Origin: Synergistales bacterium
GTDB taxonomy: Bacteria > Synergistota > Synergistia > Synergistales > JAFGMB01
Length of the DNA stretch: 64,000 nucleotides
NCBI GenBank assembly: GCA_963666205.1
Contig: OY762654.1
Location: forward strand, 1,504,001-1,568,000
Direction of reading: 5' to 3'
The position numbers and the translations under genes were made by a program. Positions 30,055 to 38,609 of the stretch are shown here, in pieces; the first letter of the stretch is position 1, and every line of letters starts with the position of its first letter. The notes beneath the pieces were generated by a model. That model worked only from the letters and a program-made list of their open reading frames with translations. It was not told the DNA's origin and searched no databases.

Positions 30055-31017
30055 TTACTGCTCCAGTTCCTGTCCTGCTCCTTTTAAGAGAGCTGATTCG
30101 TAAACATCATTTGCCACGACCAGGTCGAACAGAGCCATCCCTACCGTCTTGACAAGAATGGTCCCCTTTTGAACCCCTTCTTCCCTGGCAATACAGTCGG
30201 ACATGAGAGTAATTTTGTCGGGATCCAGGTAGTGGTTTTCAAGGGGGGTAATAAGATCTCCCGATTCTTCAAGGGCATGTTCACAATCTATAAATATTCT
30301 GTCAGCTATTGTGAAAAAACTGTCAGGAAATTCACGCTGTGTCGGGAGGGCAGAACCCACTCCAACGTAAAAACGATCTTTCAGCAGTCCTGGATCATCG
30401 GGGAGAACCGGTTCTTGAGATGGAGTGGCGGAAATGATTATTTCCGAATTTTCAACTACTTCTCTATTTGATGCACAAGCTTTTACAATAACATCCGGTA
30501 ACCGGGAACAAAGTCTATCTACATATTCAGTAAGCTTGTCAGAGCAGGAGTCAAATACCCGTATTTCTCTAACAGGTCTGGCCTCTGCAGCGAAGAGGGC
30601 CTGGGTAAACCCCTGGGCACCTGCCCCGAATATCCCTAAAGTTGAGGCTTCCCTTGAAGCCAGTCTCCTTATAGCACTTCCTCCGACTGCTCCTGTGCGG
30701 TGTGCAGTAAGTGCTCTTCCATCCATAACTGCAAGGGGTGCTCCCGTTTCATTGTCATATAACTCCACCAGTCCATTTATAAATGGGCGGCCCTTGGCTG
30801 GATTATCTGAATTAAGGGTGAGGATCTTCACTCCCCATACTCTTTCGGTACCGCAAGGCATGAGTAATAATTTGTTACCATTTATTTCAAGAGAGGAGCG
30901 AAGTGGCATGGAAAAGTTCCCGCTGCCATAGATCTTGTAAGCTTTCTCTATGGCATTCATCGTTTCCTGAAGGGGTAAGGCTTTTTCCATCTGAGAACTG
31001 TTGAACCATAACATCAT
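30055..31017 (-). CDS. Ornithine cyclodeaminase / mu-crystallin family protein
   Basis: LLMP, GVK, LTA.RTGA, GAGAQG, ATPS, KTVGMAL.D. Confidence 0.88.
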   Translation of the reverse strand: MMLWFNSSQMEKALPLQETMNAIEKAYKIYGSGNFSMPLRSSLEINGNKLLLMPCGTERVWGVKILTLNSDNPAKGRPFINGLVELYDNETGAPLAVMDGRALTAHRTGAVGGSAIRRLASREASTLGIFGAGAQGFTQALFAAEARPVREIRVFDSCSDKLTEYVDRLCSRLPDVIVKACASNREVVENSEIIISATPSQEPVLPDDPGLLKDRFYVGVGSALPTQREFPDSFFTIADRIFIDCEHALEESGDLITPLENHYLDPDKITLMSDCIAREEGVQKGTILVKTVGMALFDLVVANDVYESALLKGAGQELEQ

Positions 31018-31080
31018 GAATACCTCCCTGGTAATTTAATAAGCTCTTGAAAAGAGATCATTAAAGTTGAAAACAACTCC

Positions 31081-32613
31081 TTATTCCTGGACCGGTATAG
31101 TCAGTGCCGAAGGGCAGATAGCAAGGCCGCCCTTTGCCGTACACCTTAGCTCGGGCGGCATCATTTTACCTACTGAATACATGGCATCGATCGTTTCATC
31201 AAGGGGAACCGGATTCTCATAGCCCCCCATTACAAGATCTGCGCAGAGAAATGCATTTGCCGCAGCTGCTGCATTCCTTGTATGACAGGGAATTTCCACA
31301 AAACCCTGGACAAGGTCGCATACGCTTCCCATGGTGTTCTGAAGAGATATGGCTGCTGCATTCAGAGCTTCTTCGGGGAGTGCCCCTGCAAACTCAGCTA
31401 CACCAGCGGCACCCATGGCACCAGCCACACCTATTTCCACCTGGCAACCGGCTACTTCTGCTGCAAAAGTTGCTCTCTTTGCCACTACAAGACCTACGGC
31501 AGATGCGGCAAAAAGCGCTTTCGCAAGTTCACCACCGCAAAGGCCCATTTCCTGCTTAAGTGTTACAAATACACCTGGCACAGTACCTGCGGAACCGGCA
31601 GTAGGAGCTGCACAGACAAGGCCCTTGGCACCGTTTATGTGCATTACCGCCATTGCCCGGGCAGCCGCTCGAGTATGGATCCCGCCGATAGCAACCCTGT
31701 TATTCTTTTCGGCTTCCATAACATTGCGGGCAGAGGGATAAAGGAGTTTCATAGAAGGGATTTTCTCGGCCAATCCTGCTTCCACAGCTTTTTCCATTAC
31801 TCCGTAACGGCGAAGCATTTCCTCCTTGACATCTTCCAGTGTCAATCCAAGAAGCCTGGCTTCGTATTCCATGGCTGCTTCCCCAAGAGATTTGCCCTCG
31901 TCCCTGCACCATGAAAGCATCTCCTGTGCCGACTCGAACAGGGTTTCTCCTGTTTTAGGAAAAAATACCGGCTCAGCCACAAGGACTGCCTTGACGTTTT
32001 CCAGCTCTGTTATTGAATCCAACAGTTCACAGGACGGCTTAACAAGGAGAGTCAGCTGGTTAAAAAAGCCTTCTTCTGAAGAAACTTCTTCTTTCCATTC
32101 CATCTTCTCAGGGGAAAGAATTTCCCCTCCAAGGCTTTTATCGGAAAAAACCATTATCTCGTATGTGTCACCTGAAAAGTCCGTCTTAAAACCATTTACA
32201 TGGGTGAATTGAACAGCTCCTCCTCCAATGGATCTGGCACAGACGGTTACCTTCTTTCCACTTTCTCCTGTCATGCGCACATCCGCCACGTTGGGGTGGT
32301 CTTTAACGGTCAGATCCTCAACCGGAAAGGAAATATGAATACCTCTTTCTTCCGCTTCTTCAAGAGCTGTATAGAAAAGATCATCCGTTATCTCCAGGCC
32401 CATCATCCCCACAGCAAAGGCCTTGTCACTCCCCTGCTGGCGAAATGTCTGCCCATAAGAGCCGTCTTTATCAAAAGCACAGATCACAAAACGAGGTTTT
32501 TCACCCAATATATAACGGCAGACCCTCCCAATATGGAAGCTTGCGGCCGTATGGGAACTGCTTGGACCATGCATTATGGGTCCGAGCACATGGTTGAAAA
32601 TGGATACTGACAT
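31081..32613 (-). CDS. Fe-S L-serine dehydratase-family protein, fused beta+alpha subunits
   Basis: GPIM.GPSSSHTA, SIGGG, AAPTAGSAG, GCQ.E.G, CDLV.G.VEIPC, ELRCTA.GGLA. Confidence 0.85.
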   Translation of the reverse strand: MSVSIFNHVLGPIMHGPSSSHTAASFHIGRVCRYILGEKPRFVICAFDKDGSYGQTFRQQGSDKAFAVGMMGLEITDDLFYTALEEAEERGIHISFPVEDLTVKDHPNVADVRMTGESGKKVTVCARSIGGGAVQFTHVNGFKTDFSGDTYEIMVFSDKSLGGEILSPEKMEWKEEVSSEEGFFNQLTLLVKPSCELLDSITELENVKAVLVAEPVFFPKTGETLFESAQEMLSWCRDEGKSLGEAAMEYEARLLGLTLEDVKEEMLRRYGVMEKAVEAGLAEKIPSMKLLYPSARNVMEAEKNNRVAIGGIHTRAAARAMAVMHINGAKGLVCAAPTAGSAGTVPGVFVTLKQEMGLCGGELAKALFAASAVGLVVAKRATFAAEVAGCQVEIGVAGAMGAAGVAEFAGALPEEALNAAAISLQNTMGSVCDLVQGFVEIPCHTRNAAAAANAFLCADLVMGGYENPVPLDETIDAMYSVGKMMPPELRCTAKGGLAICPSALTIPVQE

Positions 32614-32776
32614 AAGATCACCCCTTAAAAAAATATCCATTACAGATACCAACAGGATGACGGCAAAGCCGATCCCGGAAAATAGCAGGAAGCAGACTCT
32701 CCTGACAAAACCCTTTCAAGGGCCCTTTCGTCCCTGAAATAATATATCCCTTAAAGTTCACACTAATACAGCTGTA

Positions 32777-32983
32777 TTAATCATCCCGAGATTGTATATT
32801 GAAAACCCTGAACCCTCTAAAAAACCTGGCATAGGGTGGATCATTCCATCCCTTTTTTGTCGCGGTCCTTGAAAAAGCCCCGCAGATCATGGCCCCCCAG
32901 AAGGCATAGGGAGATTTCGTGGTAATGGCTGTAATAAAGAACATAAAACAAAGGGCTGCAAAGAAATTGCGGTAAAATTTCAT
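32777..32983 (-). CDS. Small two-helix membrane protein, unknown function
   Basis: AGGTGA RBS right after the dctM stop, two hydrophobic segments. Confidence 0.55.
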   Translation of the reverse strand: MKFYRNFFAALCFMFFITAITTKSPYAFWGAMICGAFSRTATKKGWNDPPYARFFRGFRVFNIQSRDD

Positions 32984-32992
32984 TTCATCACC

Positions 32993-34309
32993 TTACCAGG
33001 GAACTCCCATAATGACATGGGGCAGGAACAGAACAAGTTTGGGACAATAAGCTGTAAACAGAAGCACAGGACCCCAGCATAGAAGGATAAACCATAGGGT
33101 GGGAGTCATCATCTCATCAATTGGAGCATTGCCCAATCGTCCCCCCAGGTATAATACGGGCGCCGCTGGCGGCGTAATACACCCCAGACCGGTATTCACT
33201 CCAACAATTGCTGCATAGTGGATAGGGCTGAATCCCAGTTCCATTATTATGGGCATAAGGATAGGAGTAGTAAGTACTACCACGCTGATATCATCCATGA
33301 GCATTCCCATGATAACGAGAAAGATATTTATCATGAACATAATGATCCAGCGGTTATCGGAAACCGCGTAGAACAGGGCCAGCATCTTTCCTGGAAGATC
33401 TTCCAGTATATAGAGCCGGCTCAACATCGATACAGAATAGAGCATTACCATTATTACACCTGTGGTTATAGCGGATTCAACCACCACTTCGTAGAGGCTC
33501 TTCAGGTTAAGACCCTTGTATATAAACATTCCCACCGGGATAGCATATAGGACAGCCATTGCCGAAGCTTCTGTGGTTGTCATTATTCCTCCATAGATAC
33601 CCCCAAGCACTATTACGGGCAGCATCAAGGCTGGAATTGCCAGTTTACCCCTCTTTTTAAAGAGGTCCCACTTTTCCGTGGAAGTTCTCTTGTGTGCCAC
33701 CAGAACTGTTTCATTATTGCGAAGGAGCCACATGTTAACCAGGCATATGAGTGTGGTAGTGAGAATCCCAGGTCCGATGGTGGATAGAAAACATGCAAGA
33801 ACCGATTGGCCACTGATCCATGCAAAAATGATAAGTGTTGCATTAGGCGGTATGAGGAGCCCGAGAAGGGAAGCATTGGCCATCAATGCCGCTGCATGCC
33901 CCCTGGGATACCCTTCAGCCCTGAATCTCGGAAACATTATGGAACCTATACAGGATAGAGTGGCACAGGCCGCTCCAGAAATTGAACCGAAAACAGCACA
34001 GGAAATGGTCCCCACAATGCCTAATCCTCCCCTGAGATGCCCCACGAAGACATCCACAAGGTCGATCAGTTTTTCTCCTATCTTACCCCGTTCCATTATG
34101 CCTCCTGCCATGATAAAGAGAGCAATGGCTATGAGAGAGACAGAATTCATCTGTGTGAAACCGTAGGGAAGAAGCTGACTTGGCTGGTACCCCTCGCCAC
34201 CGGGGCCCCCGAAAAAAATAAGCCATGCAGAAGAGGCCATGAAGCTGACCGGAACGGGAACTCCGATCATAAGGGTTACCATAAGGATAACGAGAGCTAC
34301 AAAGATCAT
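32993..34309 (-). CDS. dctM: TRAP transporter large permease
   Basis: AI.LFI.AG.IM, FG.ISG, LIPP, GGIYGG..T.TE, ITPP. Confidence 0.92.
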   Translation of the reverse strand: MIFVALVILMVTLMIGVPVPVSFMASSAWLIFFGGPGGEGYQPSQLLPYGFTQMNSVSLIAIALFIMAGGIMERGKIGEKLIDLVDVFVGHLRGGLGIVGTISCAVFGSISGAACATLSCIGSIMFPRFRAEGYPRGHAAALMANASLLGLLIPPNATLIIFAWISGQSVLACFLSTIGPGILTTTLICLVNMWLLRNNETVLVAHKRTSTEKWDLFKKRGKLAIPALMLPVIVLGGIYGGIMTTTEASAMAVLYAIPVGMFIYKGLNLKSLYEVVVESAITTGVIMVMLYSVSMLSRLYILEDLPGKMLALFYAVSDNRWIIMFMINIFLVIMGMLMDDISVVVLTTPILMPIIMELGFSPIHYAAIVGVNTGLGCITPPAAPVLYLGGRLGNAPIDEMMTPTLWFILLCWGPVLLFTAYCPKLVLFLPHVIMGVPW

Positions 34310-34887
34310 CTGCTTCCCCTCCTGAACAGGGCAACAGTGCTATGCACGAGATCCCTGGTGAAATAATAGGCCATGAAGATCAGTCCTGTGAAAACGGCAA
34401 GATAGGAAGTCCAGAGACTTATCCGCCAGATAGTGGTCTTGGGGATGGCAATTCCAGTTCCCAGTGGACCCATAAAACCGAACATGAAGAATTCGTATCC
34501 ATACCATACAAAAAGCAGGGTAACCCCTACTGTTATCAGGTCTTTCACAAAGAGCATGAATTTTTTTATAAACCCCGGAGGCATATATGAATGGACAAGG
34601 TCCGCGGAAACATGGGTCCTATTGAAAGCACCGATAGCTGCCCCCATAAAGTAGAGCCAGAAGGCCAGAAGTTTGACCACCTCCTCGTAACCGTAAAGGT
34701 CACCCTTCAGTACATAGCGTACAAAGGTTGCAGCACAGATTAGGAGCGTTAACAGTATGGAAGTAATAAAGCAGATGATGGAAAAGACGTTGATATTTAT
34801 ACGGTCGAAAAGGTTCTTCGGAATTGTTACACCGCATACACAGTCAGGCATGGCTGTGCATTCTTTTTCATTAACATTTTCTGACAC
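34306..34887 (-). CDS. dctQ: TRAP transporter small permease
   Basis: Four TMs, RYVL..YEE...W.YF.GA..H. Confidence 0.88.
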   Translation of the reverse strand: MSENVNEKECTAMPDCVCGVTIPKNLFDRININVFSIICFITSILLTLLICAATFVRYVLKGDLYGYEEVVKLLAFWLYFMGAAIGAFNRTHVSADLVHSYMPPGFIKKFMLFVKDLITVGVTLLFVWYGYEFFMFGFMGPLGTGIAIPKTTIWRISLWTSYLAVFTGLIFMAYYFTRDLVHSTVALFRRGSR

Positions 34888-34910
34888 GAAAGTCCCCCCT
34901 TAATCAACAT

Positions 34911-34950
34911 CATGAGATTCCGGGAAAATGTCATTTCCCGGAATCTCATG
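34911..34950. repeat. Perfect 17-bp inverted repeat between dctP and dctQ (mRNA-stabilising or attenuating hairpin)
   Basis: CATGAGATTCCGGGAAA-ATGTCA-TTTCCCGGAATCTCATG. Confidence 0.8.
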
Positions 34951-34981
34951 AATTAATGGAAAGAAAAGTACGGCAGGACTC

Positions 34982-35998
34982 CTATTTAGGTGCCAGCTCT
35001 TTTCTGAATTCATCCATAAGTTCTTTGGTCATGTTCTTTTCGAGTTTAGGCCAGGTGGTAGCACAGGCTTCTGCAATAGGAATAAGCTGTTCCCGGGTAT
35101 AGGTGAAGACCTCAATGCCCTTTTCTTTCATCAGGGACATGTAGTGTTCATCAAGGGACTTGGCGTTGTCAATGCTCAGGAGAGTGGCACGTGTCATTGC
35201 GTCCTGAATGATCTGCTGATCTGCAGGACTGATCTTTTCCCATGTCTGGGCACTGACCATGTAATTCAGGCATTCGATGGAATAATTGGTCATATACCAG
35301 TACTTGAGTACATCTCCAAGAATGGTATAGGCGGCTGCCACGGGGTAACCGTTAACTCCGTTGCATACACCCGTCTGCATGGACTGATAGACATCAGCGT
35401 AGGGTATGGTAACAGTGCGATAACCCATAGCCTCTGCCGCAAGTTTGTAAACATCCATGTTGGGAACACGAATAAGGACTTCCTGATTGACAGTGGGATT
35501 GAGAGGATCCTTTGCCGGTTTGGTGGTACCGGTGCCGATCATACCTTCAATGTAGAAACCGAGCAGCTTTACGCCAAGGCGCTCGTTAAATTCGTTCATT
35601 TTTTTGAAGAGCCATCCATCAGGAGAAAAAACTCTTTTAGCATCTTCGTAATCACTTACATAACCGTTGATATAGACCAGTTCCATCCGGGGATCGAATT
35701 GACTGGGTACGGATATGCTGGACAAGTCTATAGTTCCGCGGATCTGCTCTTCATAGACAAGGGTATAGTCGCCAAGCTGGTTGGCAGGATATACTTTGAC
35801 CTCAATCCGGCCATTGGTTTTTTCAGCCACTTCTTTGGCAATTTCCTGCATCATAAGGGTTGCCGGGTGATCGGCAGGGGACTGTCCCGCAAACTTAAGG
35901 ATCATTTCCGGTGCAGCAACAGCAATACTGCAGAAACAAAATGTCAATACTAAACCGATTACTGCCATCCTCACAAAGAACCTTGCTGACTTATACAT
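34982..35998 (-). CDS. dctP: TRAP transporter substrate-binding protein
   Basis: Signal peptide, GRIEVKVYPANQLG, IRVP, VYQSMQTGV. Confidence 0.92.
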   Translation of the reverse strand: MYKSARFFVRMAVIGLVLTFCFCSIAVAAPEMILKFAGQSPADHPATLMMQEIAKEVAEKTNGRIEVKVYPANQLGDYTLVYEEQIRGTIDLSSISVPSQFDPRMELVYINGYVSDYEDAKRVFSPDGWLFKKMNEFNERLGVKLLGFYIEGMIGTGTTKPAKDPLNPTVNQEVLIRVPNMDVYKLAAEAMGYRTVTIPYADVYQSMQTGVCNGVNGYPVAAAYTILGDVLKYWYMTNYSIECLNYMVSAQTWEKISPADQQIIQDAMTRATLLSIDNAKSLDEHYMSLMKEKGIEVFTYTREQLIPIAEACATTWPKLEKNMTKELMDEFRKELAPK

Positions 35999-36289
35999 AC
36001 ATTTCTCCCCTTTCAAATAGTAAAAACCGGTAGAACTACCAACAACATACAAGAAAAATATCCCACCCCCCTAAGGTAAGGTATTTCTCTATCCCTTCGG
36101 ATAGAGCCCTGTTTACCAGCTTTCAATTGTATGTTCCAACAATTCTGATGAACCTGAAGCGGCTGTAGATGAAAATTGCCAATTCACAGGTCCATTCATA
36201 TTTTTGAATTATTTTAAAGGAAGAAAGGAGTAGGCCAAAATACAAAGGTCCATTTTACGATTGCTGTGATGATGTCTATAATTTCAGTA

Positions 36290-36344
36290 TTGTATGTAAT
36301 GTATCAATATTATATAAACTACCACATTTTATTTCTTCCGTCAA
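36290..36344 (-). promoter_or_regulatory. Promoter and putative GntR operator, copy 2 (TRAP operon)
   Basis: TTGACG-17-TAGTTT with TGTG extension, then TATATAATATTGATACATTACATACAA. Confidence 0.7.
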
Positions 36345-36788
36345 AAATTGAATGCAGGAAAAATTTACAGCGGGCAAAACACCCGGAAAAATTATCCAAA
36401 GATCCCGTAAAATCTTTTATCCGGGTCAAATACTGACACTGAAGATCTGGATCGACATGCTCAGTATGATGGCTTTTTCTGGCATCGATCTTGAAAATCA
36501 GTGAAGAAATAAAGATATGAAATTATGCATAAGGGAATCAAAGAAACGGACTAAGCCATAAAAGAAAGATTATTTGTCTTCCATATCAGCTGGCGGGTGG
36601 AATATGGGATTTTCTCCAGTAAACAGGGGTGCTAATATTAAGTTCTTGAAGGATCCTGTTATCCTTGATCTCCTCTTAGCCGGTTCTTATCAGTGCTACA
36701 GGGTGATCATGGTAACCTGCGGATCCCCCAGGGCAAAAGAAGACACCTGAAAATGATGCTTCTTTCTTTTGAAAGGAGGTAGTCTTGT

Positions 36789-37031
36789 ATGAGGCTCGAA
36801 GTTATTGGAAGGATTTGCCCGGATTGCGACAGGTTTTACCAGATGACCGAAAACATTGTCAGGGATCTGCATATGAACGCCGAAATACAGAGAATAACGG
36901 ATACAAAGGATATCCTGAAGAAGTTCGGAATGATCCACGTACCAGCATTAGCTGCTGATGGAAAGATCCTTTTTGAGGGCAAGATACCCGCACCTGAAAA
37001 ACTGAAAGATAAACTTGCCCACCTTCACTAA
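36789..37031 (+). CDS. Small thioredoxin-like protein
   Basis: CPDC, VPAL..DGK..FEGKIP; AAGGAGG RBS. Confidence 0.8.
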   Translation: MRLEVIGRICPDCDRFYQMTENIVRDLHMNAEIQRITDTKDILKKFGMIHVPALAADGKILFEGKIPAPEKLKDKLAHLH

Positions 37032-37043
37032 TAGATCTTCCTC

Positions 37044-37106
37044 GCTATCTCTTCAGTAAACAGGCCCCCGGACCCCATCCGGGGGCCTGTTTACTGAAGA
37101 GATAGC
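37044..37106. repeat. Perfect 29-bp inverted repeat
   Basis: GCTATCTCTTCAGTAAACAGGCCCCCGGA-CCCCA-TCCGGGGGCCTGTTTACTGAAGAGATAGC. Confidence 0.95.
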
Positions 37107-37201
37107 AAAACCTTGAATATTGATACTTAATACTTTCCTGTACAGAAATCCATCTTTCTGCTGTTCATTTAAGAAATTACCTGGAAATCGGTATTTCCTG
37201 C

Positions 37202-37258
37202 TTGACATAGATACATGACGTATCTATAATTGCCGAGCTTAGATACGTCGTGTATCTA
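37202..37258 (+). promoter_or_regulatory. Consensus sigma70 promoter with two TAGATAC-N5-GTATCTA operators
   Basis: TTGACA(37202)-17-TATAAT(37225); palindromes at 37208-37226 and 37240-37258. Confidence 0.85.
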
Positions 37259-37282
37259 TATTATTGTTTAGAAGGTGACTCC

Positions 37283-38572
37283 ATGACAAAGTACAGACAT
37301 CTTAAAAAACACACTCTGGCCGTTCTTTCGGTTCTGCTTCTCATCACTGTGGCATTCCTGCTTCTGGACAGGGAAAGCAAGACCGCAAACGAGATACCGG
37401 TCGAAGTTCCGAAACTGATAAAGACTGAAGTGCTCGAAAATTCAAGTACAACCATAAGTTATACCTATCCTGGAAAAGTTCAGGCTGCAAGGAAAGTCGA
37501 CCTTGCCTTCAGGGTATCGGGACAGCTTATGGAAGTTCCCATCAAGAGAGGTCAGCATGTCAAAGCGGGAGATCTCCTTGCGAAACTCGATCCCCGGGAT
37601 TTTCAGATAGCTCTCGACAGCATAACGGCAAGGCTCGGCCAGGCACAGGCCCAGATGGCGGCCATGAAGGCAGGTGCAAGGGAAGAAGACCTGAGATCTC
37701 TTGAGGCCAACGTCGCTTCTGCACAGGCGCAGATGAATGAAGCTGAAGCCCAGTATGAACGTTTCAAAAATCTGTGGAAGGAAGAAATGGTCTCCGAGTC
37801 TGAATACGAACGCTATGAAACAATGTGGCAGGTTTCAAGATCCTCTTACCAGGCTGCCATCCAGAACCTGAAAAAAGGCAAGGCAGGTTCCCGGACAGAG
37901 GACATCCAGGCCATGGAATGGTCCATCAAGGCACTTGAGGCTGAACAGCGTTCCGCCCAGGCATCCCTCGACGATACAGAACTGAGGGCTCCCTTTTCCG
38001 GTGTAGTTGCTGACCGGGCAGTTGAAAACTACGAGAATATTTCAGCGGGATACCCTGTACTCTCCCTTCAGGATATGACAGAACTCGAGATCGTGATCAA
38101 TGTTCCCGATAGGGACATAATAATTGCAGACCCTACAAGGGACTGTATCCCCCTTGTCTACTTCGATGCTTTTCCGGAAAGGTCCTTTGAAGCCTATTTC
38201 AAGGAAATAAAAACAAATGCAGACCCCTCAACCCAGACCTATGCCGTAACAGTTGCAATGGATTACCCCACAGGACTGAATGTCCTTCCCGGAATGAGCG
38301 TATCCCTCAAGGCAGATATTCCCTCTGTTGATACTTCCCATGATGGCAATTTTATTGTTCCCTCAAGCGCTATTTTTGCTGATGAAAATGGAGGCAATTA
38401 TCTCTGGGTGGTTGATCAGGAAACAAGATCTGTCGAGAAGAGAAATATCTCCGTGGGCTCCCTCGACGGTGGCAATATAGAAATATCGGGAGATATCCGA
38501 ATTGGTGAACGAATTGCCACAGCAGGAGTACATCTCCTCCGCGAAGGCCAGATCGTAAGATTTACAGACTGA
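37283..38572 (+). CDS. RND efflux periplasmic adaptor subunit
   Basis: DLAFRVSG, LRAPFSGVV, LPGMS, GERIATAGV. Confidence 0.9.
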   Translation: MTKYRHLKKHTLAVLSVLLLITVAFLLLDRESKTANEIPVEVPKLIKTEVLENSSTTISYTYPGKVQAARKVDLAFRVSGQLMEVPIKRGQHVKAGDLLAKLDPRDFQIALDSITARLGQAQAQMAAMKAGAREEDLRSLEANVASAQAQMNEAEAQYERFKNLWKEEMVSESEYERYETMWQVSRSSYQAAIQNLKKGKAGSRTEDIQAMEWSIKALEAEQRSAQASLDDTELRAPFSGVVADRAVENYENISAGYPVLSLQDMTELEIVINVPDRDIIIADPTRDCIPLVYFDAFPERSFEAYFKEIKTNADPSTQTYAVTVAMDYPTGLNVLPGMSVSLKADIPSVDTSHDGNFIVPSSAIFADENGGNYLWVVDQETRSVEKRNISVGSLDGGNIEISGDIRIGERIATAGVHLLREGQIVRFTD

Positions 38573-38609
38573 TATAAATGTATATTTTCAGAATAAAGAG
38601 GATCTTTTA

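Noticed and set aside
35144-35953. Long antisense ORFs (e.g. 35144-35953, 11507-12196, 31282-31914, 29300-29887)
   Set aside because: Shadows of well-supported genes on the opposite strand, with no motifs or RBS.
36400-36780. Riboswitch or small RNA in the long dctP-thioredoxin spacer
   Set aside because: No recognisable aptamer consensus or convincing ORF by eye; needs an Rfam scan.
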